In this document: positions 12,346-25,162 of the stretch, in pieces | How the letters are laid out: each line of letters starts with the position of its first letter | Numbering within the stretch: the first letter of the stretch is position 1 | Translations under genes and position numbers: made by a program | DNA from: Octopus sinensis | Lineage: Eukaryota | Length of the DNA stretch: 64,000 nt | Assembly: GCF_006345805.1 (NCBI RefSeq) | Contig: NC_043005.1 | Coordinates: forward strand, 97,712,001 to 97,776,000 | Direction of reading: 5' to 3' | Notes under the pieces: generated by a model | What the model was told of the DNA's origin: nothing | Seen by the model: the letters and a program-made list of their open reading frames with translations, nothing else | The model's database searches: none

Positions 12346-12977
12346 TATATATGTATCTGAGGGGAAAACAATTTTTCGATAAAAGAGAAGCCAATTGAAA
12401 GGTGAGGTGTAGAGTATGATAATTTTAGTGCAATTATCCTTCGGTTACCTTACAACTGCTGGTTTCACCATTAACTGTCCTTCATGTAATAATCTTGGTA
12501 CTTGCTCCTAATACATTGATTGCTGAGATAACAATGAAGCAAAGAAAATTTTCAAACAATTCCTTTTTGAATTATCTACAGCATGTCTCTGTTGTCCATG
12601 AAATGTTCTATTCTGTCCCTGTGTATAGTTCTATATTTTAAGTAAATAAAACTTTAACAGTGACATGTTTATCATAATCCTTATGTTCATTTATCTTGTA
12701 TATAAACAGCATGGGGCTGGAAAAATTATGAATTTCACCTGCACACATTTAATTTACATGCATATTGCCATGTAGTCTATTTACACAGTGAATGCATATT
12801 TATTAACTAAATGCAAACATATGAATTGATATATATATATACATAAACATATACATCCTGTATCCTTTCACCTTTATCGACCACATTATTGGGAATTGTT
12901 ATAAATCATTGGCTACAAAGTGCTTGCTATTCTTTGCTGATGACACCCTTCCTTTCTATCTTGTCTCAAATCATATT

Positions 12978-13243
12978 ACGTGCCACCGGCACGTAAAATG
13001 CACCAACCGATCATGGCCGGTACCTGCCTCCCCTGGCATCTGTGCTGGGGGCATGTAAAAAGCACCCACTACACTCATGGAATGAGTGGCGTTAGGAAGG
13101 GCATCCAGCAGTAGAAACACTGTCAGATCAGACTGGAGCCAGGTGCAGCCTCCTGGCTTCCCAGATCCCAGTCAAACCGTCCAACCCATGCTAGTATGAA
13201 AAACGGACGTTAAACGATGATAATGATGATGATGATGATGATA
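12978..13243 (+). mobile_element. RTE-associated 3' tail repeat
   Basis: GTGCCACCGGCACGTAAAA...GGCGTTAGGAAGGGCATCCAG...(GAT)n; further copies at 13690-13885 (+), 20552-20870 (-), 26770-26862 (+), 33225-33430 (-), 34815-35230 (+). Confidence 0.8.
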
Positions 13244-13893
13244 ATCTTCCTATCACTATAGAGGGCTTCTGAGTGTCCTTTCACGATCTCGTTAGTACCA
13301 CCTGTCCAGCTGTCATCTATGAAACTTGAAGCATGTCCATCCCAGGGGAACTTGTGCTGCATTCTGTGATCCCATCGTTCATTGCCTTATTTTAGATATG
13401 TTCTTGCAATGATATTCACAGCATGAATGTTTTCACAGCCCTTTATGATACAGCCAATCAAAGTTCTTTGCCCTTTGTAGCAGCTTATGTCTCATTTGCA
13501 TGCAAGAGTGCAGATAGGATGGTGTCAATGAAGAGACTACCACATAGGGTCTTGTCTGACTTTGCTGAAATCTTGCAAAGAATAAGGGCAGAACAGAAGG
13601 GATTTACCTCAATAATACATATATGTGCTTGAGAAAACTCACCAAGCCAAATGAAATTGTAGTTGAGGTTGATGACAGTGTCATGTAACTGGCACTTGTA
13701 CTGGTGGCACATAAAAGCACCCATTGCACTCTTGGATTGATTGGCTTTTAGGAAGGGCATCCAGTGATAGAAGCCATGCCAAATCAGACTGGAACTTGGT
13801 GCAGCTCTCCAGCTTACCAGTTCCAATCAAACCGTCTAACCCATGCCAGCATGGAAAGCACACACTAAATGATGATGACGATGCATATGAAAG

Positions 13894-13949
<56 letters not shown>

Positions 13950-14939
13950 TGTATGTATATATATATAGCATCATCCTCACCACTAAATTTGACCTATATT
14001 TGAACTAGACTCTGATACAAATCCAACCTGTCATGTCTATATTTATAAACATTCCAGTATGAACCCTAAACACAGAAAATCTATAATGTATTCTGAATAT
14101 TTGCAAGAAAAAAATTCCTCGACTAACAGAATGTGATTTATCTGCTACATGAGCTCCCATACACATTGAACTTCTGTGCATGCATGCTCGAATGAACCTA
14201 AGTAATAAGTTATAAGCAAACAACAATACCTTACATTAAATATACACAATTCAGTACAGCCTATATTTTTTGTCAAACCAAAAAATTGTCTTTACCATTC
14301 TTTCCATTCCACCCCCAACTTATAAACTATACTCTCTTTCTCTCCTTCTCTATGCCTCCCTATACAACCACTTCTCTTTTCTTCCTGCAAAATCATTTGC
14401 ACCATTCTACATTGCATTGACATCGTTCTGCCTATCAGATGATTCCACCGTTTTTTCCCCTGAAGAAGAAGAAAGTCTAAACCATATGTAAGGTTTGAAA
14501 CATCAAACTGAGTCACAGTCTGATGAATGCAAGTAAGCCAAGAAGTCAAAGACATTCTCTACCTTTTCTATGTAAACACACACACGTACACACACACACA
14601 CACACGCACACACACACACACATACACACACACACACATACACAGGCTCGCTGACAAACACCTACACACACAAACACATGTACACACACAAACACGTGTA
14701 CACATGCACACACACACACACTCAAACACATATATATCCATATCTATCAGTATACATACTAACACACATATAAAAATATAGATTCACATATGCTTACATA
14801 TATATATGTTTACATGTATGTGTATATATATATATATATATATATGTATATGTACATGTGTGTGTGTATTCCTAGACATATATATACACATATATAAAGT
14901 CTTCTCTTTGCATCTGTTGGACTTATAGGTGGAGGGTGT

Positions 14940-15360
14940 CGCTGATCTCTGCGATCACACACCCCACGAGCCACCATATGTTGATACCTGACATTATTCT
15001 GGGGATTCAGACTTTTATTGTTCTTCTGTCTATGTAGGACGGGTACACTATGAGCTGGTTAGTTTTACTGATTCCCACCGAATCCATCATGGCCAGCTCT
15101 TCTGTTTTAAAAAGGACAGAAATGGTACCAAAACTTTGGGTCCTTTGAATGAATTTGACATTCTCTCGGATTGATCTCAGTGGCATTTCCACTTGAAAGT
15201 GGGAAGGTTGTTCTGCCCTCCGAAACTCCACCAAAATGCACCTATACATTACTGTTCTTCTTTCAATTTCTACCTCCACTTTGGCTGGAATTGCAAGGTT
15301 TTTTTCTCTTTTTATGAGTTTGTAAGCCTGGTCTAACATCTCTTTTTTGTTGGAGATGAC
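14940..15360 (-). pseudogene. Possible non-LTR retrotransposon ORF1 (RRM-like) relic
   Basis: Protein-like frame YRCILVEF...GTISVLFKTEELA...VYPSYIDRRTIKV*IPRI; family assignment by resemblance only. Confidence 0.3.
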
Positions 15361-15412
15361 TATCTCCATTATTTACATTAGACGGATGTTTGTCCTCATC
15401 TTGTTTGTTGTT

Positions 15413-15458
15413 AACACAACGTTTCAGCTGATATACCCTCCAGCCTTCGTCAAGTGTC
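15413..15458 (-). ncRNA. Minimal type-I hammerhead, C3U copy
   Basis: gacac-TTGACGA-a-ggctg-gagggtatat-cagct-GAAA-cgt-T-gtgtt. Confidence 0.65.
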
Positions 15459-15707
15459 TTGGGGAAATTTCGAACCTGGGTTCTCATTCCTAAGGCATTT
15501 TTCGATGTTGTTATTATTATTATTATTATTTTCCAGGTCACTGCCTAGAATCAAGCTCGGAATCTTGGGGTTAGTAGCCCACGCTCTTAACCACTATGCC
15601 ATATGCCTGTGGGCAGTTATGGAGTGAATTACGGGCATATGGTATAGTGGTTAAGAGCACGGGCTACTAACCCCAAGATTCCGAGATCGATTCCAGGCAG
15701 TGACCTG

Positions 15708-15738
<31 letters not shown>

Positions 15739-15814
15739 TAATAATAATAATAATAATAATAACAACATCGAAAAATACCTTAGGAATGAGAACCCAGGTT
15801 CGAGATTTCCCCAA

Positions 15815-15860
15815 GACACCTGATGAAGGCTGGAGGGTATATCAGCTGAAACGTTGTGTT
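15815..15860 (+). ncRNA. Minimal type-I hammerhead (loopless ACGT stem III, dimer-type)
   Basis: gacac-CTGATGA-a-ggctg-gagggtatat-cagct-GAAA-cgt-T-gtgtt; GUU triplet. Confidence 0.8.
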
Positions 15861-16720
15861 AACAACAAACATGATGAGGACAAATATCCGTCAACTCTAA
15901 ATAATGTAAATAATGTACATAATTCCTCATCTCTTAAATATAGAACTGGATGTCTGTCTCATAGTACTTTTGTTGGCATTTTGCAGCTGTTGATGCAAAA
16001 GTACTTGTTCTGCTCTCACTGTTGATGGTGGTGGTAGAATAATTCATCTTGTTACTACTAATGCTACTTCCAAATACACCCACCTCTCTCTCTGTTGCTG
16101 GTGTTGATGTTGGTATTGGTTGTGTTCACATTGATGTTTTTGTTGTCATTATTCATTCTGTTATTGTCTTCTCTTATGCTTCTCTGCTCCTCAATCCGTG
16201 TTGTCGGAGTTGTGATATCAGTTATCAAAGCATTTTCCTCATTTTTTCTGTTTGGGAAGTTGGCAGTTATATTTTCCTCGTCTATTCGACTATCAAGTGA
16301 TTGTGTGCGCTCCATTGTGTCACCTTTCTCTGTCATAATACTTCTTTGTTCTTTGCAGTTAATTTTATCATTGTCCATAGGGTCTGTGGTGCTTTTGGAT
16401 TCGTTATAAATTTTGTCCTCAAAATTGATACTTGTGTCAGTGAAAATTAAGTTTCCATGACTTTTCCTGCTGTTACAAACTGGTTTGTTTTGCGTTAGAA
16501 GGTTATGCCTCTCCACACCATTTTTCGTTTGCAAATGTGTAAACATTTCGCAAATACTAATATTTGGACTCAAGGCCCAAGTATTATTTAACTCTTTTAC
16601 TGGGGACAAAGACTATCGTCTTATGCTCCCTTTTAAACAATAATATCAATGAAAACAGTAGTTTTGATAACAAAAATACCTGTCAAGCTTCCACTGACGT
16701 TCTAGCCTTCCAACCAGAAG

Positions 16721-16772
<52 letters not shown>

Positions 16773-16793
16773 TAATAATAATAATAATAATAA

Positions 16794-16845
<52 letters not shown>

Positions 16846-16879
16846 AATAATAATAATATAATAATAATAATAATAATAA

Positions 16880-18064
16880 CAATGAAGATTGCTACAATTG
16901 GCCTAGACACCTACCTGAAAACTCTGAGGACTGGATGTTAAAACTTGTCTCAAAACATGAAAACAAGAAAGCATCATACTCAGTCACAAAACAGGCAAAG
17001 GAATATCTAAGTGAATTCCGAATACAACCATTTCGGAATTAGAGATAGACATACAAGAAACAAGCACAGAAAAACTAGGCGCATGAAAACCCGTGCCAAA
17101 ACTGCGGCCTTAGATATTCTGAATAATAAATGGCAAGAAAAACTCTCTATGGCAAATACCCAAAAGAGCGAATAATGCAGATATCGACAAAGCCCTGACC
17201 CATCAATGGCTAATGGCCTCTGGCTTAAATCTGAAACAGAGGGGTTATCATAGCAGCTCAAGATCAATGCCTACCAACAAGAAACTACCAGGCCAACATA
17301 TTAAAGATCAGAAGCAGTCCAACGTGTCGTGTATGCAAGCAACAAAATGAAACCATTGACCATGTGGTCTCCAAGTGATAGAGCTGCACAATATTTCACT
17401 GGGTAATCTGTAAAAAACCTGGATTTGCCCCATGAAAAAAACTGGTGGGAACACAAACCACCCCCAGTGCTTTAAAATGACCACATCTCACTCCTCTGGA
17501 ACTTCACCATTCAAACTGACAGGAAGATAGATGCAAATAGGCCAGACATATATTGAAAGACTTCAAACAAAGAACATGCCTCCTCATTGATATGACTGTC
17601 CCAATCGATATAAACGTATCTGTCAGGACCTACCAAAACTGAGCAAATATAAAGATCTTGAAATAGAATCAGCAAAATGTGGAAGCTGAAGACTAAAACA
17701 ATACCTGTTGTCATAGGTGCCCTGGGAATGATAGCAAAAGGGGCTGATAGCTACCTAACTCAGATACCAGGAAACACAAAAATGGCAGAAGTTCAAAAGA
17801 TAGTGCTCATGGGAACTGCTCATATCCTACGCAAAATACTCTCTATGTAACCTCAAGGTTTAAAACAACCATATTTTCGGTTTAAAAAAAAAAAAAAAAA
17901 AACTTTTTTTTTTTTAGACATTCATTAGTACAACATCCCCACCCCCCAAATATATGGCACACTAGGCATAACAACAACATGAACTTCCAACCCTGTTGTC
18001 TCTTGAGGTCTCTGGGTGAGACTTGGAGCCAACTTGTACAAATATAAAGCAAAAGTCAAACATA
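16880..18064 (+). mobile_element. 5'-truncated R4/Dong-like LINE in (AAT)n
   Basis: QWLMASGLKSETEG..AAQDQCL.TRNY, CRVC....ETIDHV, LLWNFTIQTDRKIDANRPDI, LIDMTVP; (AAT)n both sides. Confidence 0.9.
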
Positions 18065-18111
<47 letters not shown>

Positions 18112-18125
18112 GTAATAGTAATAGT

Positions 18126-18186
<61 letters not shown>

Positions 18187-18189
18187 TAG

Positions 18190-18905
18190 TCAATGTGAGA
18201 GGTATAGAGAAAATAGCAAAATACCAGGACCTGGCCATTTAACTACAGAGACTTTGGAAAGTGTGGGTAAAATGTATTGCTGTAGTTATAGGTGCATAAA
18301 GATTTGAACAGATGGACAGGGGTAATCGGTATAAAACTTAGTTTAGTGCAGCTCCAGAAAACAGTATTATTAGGGACTACTAGGATACTTAGGAGTTGTT
18401 CTTGACAACTAAGATTACTTGTTGTAGCCTGATGTTGGGGATTTTTCCAACAGTCTAATCCGTTGTGTGTAGTTGGACTAATAATAATAATGATAATAGC
18501 CACTCTCCAACAGAAGGAATCTAAAGAATGGATCTGCATCGATGCAGCTATACTTGCAGACCAAAAATTGTTAAGACAGAGGATGAGAAAACTGGGAAGT
18601 ACCAAAGACTTAGGATTGGAAGTGATGAGAACTCATAGAACCTCATAAGTGAGTGTGGTACTTACTGTAATTGGTGGCATATGAGATCAATAAAAAAAAA
18701 ACAAAAAACAAAAAATAAAAAAACAATATTCTGGCATCAAAAGCTGCAAATACCAAACTTCTTAGGGCGTATCCAGATGGCAGCAATTCTTGGAACAAGC
18801 CATGTATTGAAAAAAGAGTTGTGTCTCTAAGCTGTGAGATGGGAGCTGAGACATGACATAGACATAGATAAATGAAGAGAAATTAAGCGAATAGAAAAAC
18901 TAAAA
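18190..18905 (+). mobile_element. Two short, diverged R4/Dong 3' fragments separated by (AAT)n
   Basis: EKIAKYQDLAI.LQRLW...LQKTVLLGTTRILR (18190-18480); EKLG.YQ.L.LEV...ILGTSHVLKK (18485-18905). Confidence 0.7.
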
Positions 18906-19314
18906 ATAATAATAATAATTATACTTTCAGCTATAGGTGCCAGACCTGAAATTTCGGGAGAGTAGTTACGTCAATTCCATTGACTCTAGAGCTCAACTGG
19001 TGCTTATGCCTACCCCTGCCCCCACATATATATATAATTAATTTGTTTATTGAGTAATAAAAAGGAATTAGAGCATATGAGTGAAGAGGATCTGAATTTA
19101 TTCATCCATGTGGAAACAACTGTTACCACAACTATCTCTGACATTATTCCAACCAATGATAAATTATTATAATTATATTATTAGGTTTTGGGAAATGATA
19201 TAAAACAGATGACAAAAGTTAATTATGTATAAATTAGTCATATCAATCAGCAAATTGTATTTTATGCATTTTTGTTTCTATACTAATATTAGTCTTTTTT
19301 TTTCTTTACTACCC

Positions 19315-19505
19315 ACAAGGGGCTACACATAGAGGGGACAAACAAAGACAAATAAAGGGATTAAGTCGATTACATCAACCCCAGTATGTAACTGGTACTT
19401 AATTTATCGACCCCGAAAGGATGAAAGGCAATTTGAACTCAGAACATAATGGCAGACGAAATGCGGCTACGCATTTCGCCCGGCGTGCTAACGGTTCTGC
19501 CAGCT
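19315..19505 (-). mobile_element. MetaSINE
   Basis: Reverse complement of the tRNA-like head and Meta domain GCCTTTCATCCTTTCGGGGTCGATAAATTAAGTACCAG. Confidence 0.8.
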
Positions 19506-19569
19506 CTTTATTAGTCTTTGTGAACAAAAGTTCACTCGACCCTCTTTAAGCCCCCAAATATCTTTTGTC

Positions 19570-20040
19570 CTTTATCTCTTTACTTGTTTCAGTTATTAGA
19601 CTGAGGCCGTACTGGGGTGCTGCCTTGAAGAAATTTTAGTTGAATATATTGACCTCAATATTTATGTTTTGAAAAAGCTTGGTACTTATTCTATCAGTCT
19701 CTTTTGCTGAACTGTTAAGTTATAGGAATGTAAACACACCAGCACTGATTGCCAAGCTGTGGTAGGAGGACAAACACAGACTCAAAGACACACACACACA
19801 CACACAAACATGCACATACACAAAGATTTTCAGTCAATGCAAAACAACTGTAACTCAGTAGTCAATCTTAGTGGGGCTTTGTGTTAAGAAGCTTGCTTCC
19901 CAACCACATGGTCTCAGGTTCAGTTCCACTGCATGGTACCTTGGGCAAATGTCTTCTACTATAGCCTTGAGTTGACTGAAGCCTTGTGAGTGGATTTGGT
20001 TGAGGGAAACTGAAAGAATCCTATTGTATATGTGTGTGTG
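19570..20040. mobile_element. CORE-type SINE pieces: 3' half (-, 19570-19800) and 5' half (+, 19870-20040)
   Basis: Homology to 46515-46962; CCTTGGGCAA core motif. Confidence 0.7.
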
Positions 20041-22974
20041 TCTGTGCTTGTAAATGTGGTATGAGGCAAAAGTGGGACAACATCCTCTTGTTAACAGTAG
20101 TCAATGAAGCAGTCGTTCATTACATAAATCCCTTACTGCTTATAGCAATGTGCTGTACCTCTCACTGGTCCCTATTTACAGTGAGGAGTCAATGAGGTAA
20201 CTTGTACATGGTCACATGACTTTCTAGAACATTCAACCAAATCTCACACAATGTGGCTGTGTGGTAAGAAGCTTGCTCAGGTAAACAGCAATTGGTGGGC
20301 GTTGCTGTTGCCCTCATTATTATCATGTCATCAATCATTCCATCTCATTATGTCCGTGTCCAGCCCGCAGCTTCCTTTCTTTGTAAGGCCCTTGTGGCTA
20401 ATTAAAGGAATAAAAGAAGCTTGCTTCCCAACTACATGGTTCCAGGTTCAGTCCTACTGCATGGCACCTTGGGCAAGTGTCATCTACTGTCACCCCAAGC
20501 CAACAAAAGACTTGTGATTGGATTTGATAGATGGAAACTGAAAAAAGACTGCCATCATCATCATCATCATTATTTAACATCCGTTTTCCATGCTGGCATG
20601 GGTCGGACAGTTTGACAGAACTGGCAAGCCAGGAGGCTGCACCAAGCTCCAATCTGATTTGGCAAGGTTTCTACAATTAGTTATCCTTCCTAATGCCAAC
20701 CACTCTGAGAGTATAGTGGGTGCTTTTTATGTGCCGCCAGCATGGCAACCTGTCAGGTGGCGCAGGCATTGGTCATGCTCGAATGGTGCTTTTTATGTGA
20801 CACCAACATGGGTTCCAGTCAGTTGGCACTGGCATCGACCATGCTCAAATGGTACATTTTGCATGCCACTGCTGATGATGATGGTGATGAAGCAGCAAGC
20901 TTGTCGATCTCACCAGTCTAGGAATCCCCTTTCTAATTCATGGTGGTTGAAATATAGTCTGCTGGTACTACAAATTCGAAATTAATGCTGACAGTTTAAC
21001 TTGAGGTTTTAATTCATCTGAAATGTTATGATCTTGAATGTAATTAAAAGTTATGAGATAATTTGCTTAAAATAAACATACTTCATTAGATCATTGTTTC
21101 CTAATTTTGAATGCTAATGCACACAGCACACAGTAGTGTGACAAGAATGTGCATGTGGGGTGTGCATATATGTACACATACATAAATACATAATTACACA
21201 TACAAACACCCACACATGCATATATATGTATACAGATACACATAAATATGTATGTGTGTGTGTGTGTGTATGTATGTATATCCTACCCATGTGTACATAT
21301 GTATGTACCCCCTGCTCCACACATGATGGGCTTTTTTAGAGTTTCTGTCTACCGACTTCATTTCCAAGACATTGTTCAGCCTGAGGTTATAGCAGAAGAA
21401 ACTTGCCCAATGTACCAGTGGCATTGAACCCAAAGTTGCATCGTTACAAAGCGAACTTCTTAACATGCAGCCATGCTTGTCCCTGTCTTAAATATTTTGC
21501 CTCACAATTTGACTGTTATTTCTAGCAGATCGAGTGATCACATAGGGTTTTCCTCATTTACTTATCTCCCCTGTTGATGTCTATAGATGTGGAAGAAATA
21601 AAAATTGAGATGCTTATAGCTTTTTCCAAGAACATTAGCAGTATGAAATATGTGAAATTATTAAAGTCAAGACTAGAAACTGGGCCACAGAGTCATTTTG
21701 CTAAGAGATTATTTTTACATTCAGCTAGGCTGCACTGTAAACTTATCTCACACAACTAAATTATTGAGTACATTTCTGATTGAATGTTTTTGTGTAGTTT
21801 TGTTTTTGCTTTCGATTAGGATGCTTTCAAAGATTGCCATTGGATGTATATTAGTAGAAAGAAGGAGGAGGCGGAGGAGGAGGAGGAGAAAAAGAAAAGA
21901 AATGGATGTAGAAGAAGAAAGAGAAGAAAATGGATCGTTAATCAGAGAGAAAGTGTAAACTTAATTTGTATTTATCAGATAAAACGTGTGCAATAATTTT
22001 GAGCTGAAAGGAAGAATCTGTAATGTCAGTAATATTGTGTATGCAAAGATATGAACTAAATTTAAAGAACTATTGCAGAGACAAAACTGCATATTTCTAT
22101 TGCTTTTTTTGTTATTTCCTATTTCTGTGACTAACATTATGAATACAAATCAAGTTCCTGTTATGCTGCAAATCGGTAATTTACTTTTGACTATTCTAAT
22201 TCCTGGTTTAGAAGTAAATTTATTTTGATGTTATGTTTTTGATGTTTTTTGGAGGAAAGCCCAAGTACCACATAATCCCATTTTGTGGCAGAATCATTAA
22301 AGCATTAGACAAAATGCCTTATTGGGTATTATTTAGTTTTGGTTCTTTCTGTTATGAGTTCAAACCCTGCTGATGTCTACAAAAACAACAGCAACAAACC
22401 TCACCATTTATGTTTTTTTCCTGCAAGCTTCAAATTATGACTATTAAAAGTAAATATAAAGGTCTTGAAAGGTTTGATCACTTCATGGCACTGTCCTCTA
22501 CTCTTCTGAATATGGCATAACAAAAACGAACTCACCAAAATATAGGGTTAGTTACCACCTTGTAAATTATTGATGCTGAGGATTAGCTCCAGATCAGCCC
22601 TTATTCAGCAGTCTTATGATCAAAAGTATTCCTGCCATGACTATTCTGCAGGAACTGCATTATTTGATGAGTTCCAGGGTCAGTTGGATGGATGGTACTC
22701 CATTTGTTAGACAACGAGGATTCAGTTTTTAGATTATGCAATCAACTGAATAACCTATTCCTACCTTAATGTGTAACTGGCTGAGTATTCCACTGACATA
22801 TGTATCCTGAATGTAATTCTCAGACAGGATCAGCATGAGACTACATGTGACAAGACTGTACCTTCAAATTGCAAATGTTATCCATCTGACAACAGGACCA
22901 TCTTAGCAGCAGTATAGCACCCACTTCCTGGGCAAATCAATGCCTTGAACCCTATGGTATTCATTTATTGCAAG

Positions 22975-23205
22975 GCGGTGAGCTGGCAGAAACGTTAGCA
23001 CGCCGGACGGAATGCTTAGCGGTATTTCATCTGCCGTTATGTTCTGAGTTCAAATTCCGCTGAGGTTGACTTTGCCTTTCATCCTTTTGGGGTCGATTAA
23101 ATAAGTACCAGTTACGCACTGGGGTAGATGTAATTGACTTAATCCGTTTGTCTGTCCTTGTTTGTCCCCTCTGTGTGTAGCCCCTTGTGGGTAGTAAAGA
23201 AATAG
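22975..23205 (+). mobile_element. MetaSINE, full length
   Basis: GGCGGTGAGCTGGCAGAAACGTTAGC head, GAGTTCAAATTCC B box, Meta domain; GGTATTCATTTATTG occurs on both flanks (TSD-like). Confidence 0.85.
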
Positions 23206-23811
23206 GTATTCATTTATTGACAGCAAACCACATTACATATATTTCAGATTTGGGTTCCTTGATCTGTGAGGTTCCTGAGCAACTGTCCAGTGTGCCCATG
23301 CTTTAAAACAGCACTGTCTGATAGGTTTTCATAGGGTTTCCATCGACCTAATTTCACCTACAAGATATGGGTCAGCCTGAGGCTATAGAAAACGATATTT
23401 ACCCAAGATGCTACCAAGAAGAATGAAGCTCAGAGTCTCATGGATGCAAAGCAAAATTCTTAATCCTCCAGCCATACTGCTACCTCTGAGATTAATTAAG
23501 TATTAAAATATTTCTAGAAAGTATCCGAAATGGAAATAGAATTGTAAAAACAAAACAGGTGACCATTATAAATATTTCTGTAACTAAAAAAGCAAATAAC
23601 ATTATTATGTTATCCTTTTACTGGTACCTACTATTTGGCTTTGGCCATGCTGGGGCATTATCTTTTGTTTAAGATTCATGCTAGAGTCCGTCAGGTTCAT
23701 TTAAGCAATAATATATATATGTATGCATGTTTGCATGTGTGTGTGTGTGTATGTGTGTGTATGTAGTATATATGTATTTGTTTGTGTGTGCATGTATATA
23801 TTTGTATGTGT

Positions 23812-23865
<54 letters not shown>

Positions 23866-23979
23866 CTATCTATGTATACATGCTTGCAGTACATGTGTGT
23901 TGCCTCCAGGAAACATGATTTACATAAGGACTTGTGTCAAAGACAACAAAAGTAAAACAGAAATCTATTGGTATCAGTA

Positions 23980-24330
23980 AAGAACTTCTTCTCTAGTTCT
24001 GGTAGGGATTCAGCTATAAGAACAAGGTCGTCAGCATAGAGGAGCTCCCAGGGGCAGCCTGTCTTAAATTCCTCCGTTATTTCCCGGAGGACTATGATGA
24101 ACAAGAAGGGGCTGAGGACTGGATTCTTTGCTGTACTCATTGCCAACCCTCGCCTTACTGACAACGTCCCTGTACATAGCTTGTACAGCTCTCACCAACT
24201 ACTCATCTGTCCCTAGTTTCCACATTGGCCACCAGATAAGGGATTGGGGGACCCTATCAAAGGCTTTCTCCATGTCAACCAAAGGGGTTTATTTTTGGCT
24301 ATGTATTTGTATTTCTCCTGCAGCTGCCTT
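23980..24330 (-). mobile_element. RTE LINE reverse transcriptase fragment
   Basis: LSPFLFIIVLREITEEFKTGCPWELLYADDLVLIAES, containing YADD. Confidence 0.9.
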
Positions 24331-24699
24331 ACCAGAAATATACAAAATAAAAAGAAAAGAAAACAACTTTAAGAAGTGAAATGGTCAAAATTGAGAAGAA
24401 GAGGAAACAAAAGGTTAGATATCTGGGAGTGGAAGGGAGGTGGACTTGCAAGGAGTGAAGAAGAGAGGAGAGGGAGAAAGAGAGAGAGGGAGATGGGAGT
24501 TTAAGATGGTAGCCATTAGGGGAACATAGTGGTTGGAGTTAAATGGGTGGCTTACTATTTAACAGTAAAACTACAGCCATGCACCTAAGTGCACATGCAT
24601 ATGATCACTGTGTGCCAATAGTATCCCTACAGTATATATAATATATAATATATAATATATATATATAATAATAATATATATATATAATAATAATAATAA

Positions 24700-24736
<37 letters not shown>

Positions 24737-24794
24737 TATAATTATAATATCACTGTTTGAGTTGCCTAATAGTGGTTTTATCTCTAATTTAATT

Positions 24795-24856
<62 letters not shown>

Positions 24857-24896
24857 ATATATACATAAATATAAATCATATATATATATATCATAT

Positions 24897-24968
<72 letters not shown>

Positions 24969-24970
<2 letters not shown>

Positions 24971-25124
24971 CTTGTTCTGTACTTGCTTTTTTCTGTGTAT
25001 TTTTCTGTTGAAGAGCGTAGGCTCGAAACGTAAATGACTTTTTCTATTCCTGAGTGCTATACTAATACATTTGTTTGTTTGTACTCCACCTGCCTTCGTC
25101 CTGTGTTTATTTTCGTAAACTTTC

Positions 25125-25128
<4 letters not shown>
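24969..25128 (+). mobile_element. (TA)n-flanked short element with A6U hammerhead (25001-25036)
   Basis: tttt-CTGTTGA-a-gagc-gtag-gctc-GAAA-cgt-A-aatg; second copy at 59588-59760 (-). Confidence 0.65.

Positions 25129-25158
<30 letters not shown>

Positions 25159-25162
<4 letters not shown>

Larger units (their letters stand above)
15368..15948. mobile_element. Head-to-head inverted pair of PLE pseudo-LTRs (tRNA-like head, (AAT)n, hammerhead)
   Basis: 15368-15606 mirrors 15635-15910; the same sequence flanks the GIY-YIG ORF at 146-869. Confidence 0.85.

Noticed and set aside
16064-16609. 181-aa ORF as a host exon
   Set aside because: Low-complexity N/T-rich sequence, non-ATG start, no recognisable domain or clear splice signals; may belong to the adjacent ORF1-like relic.
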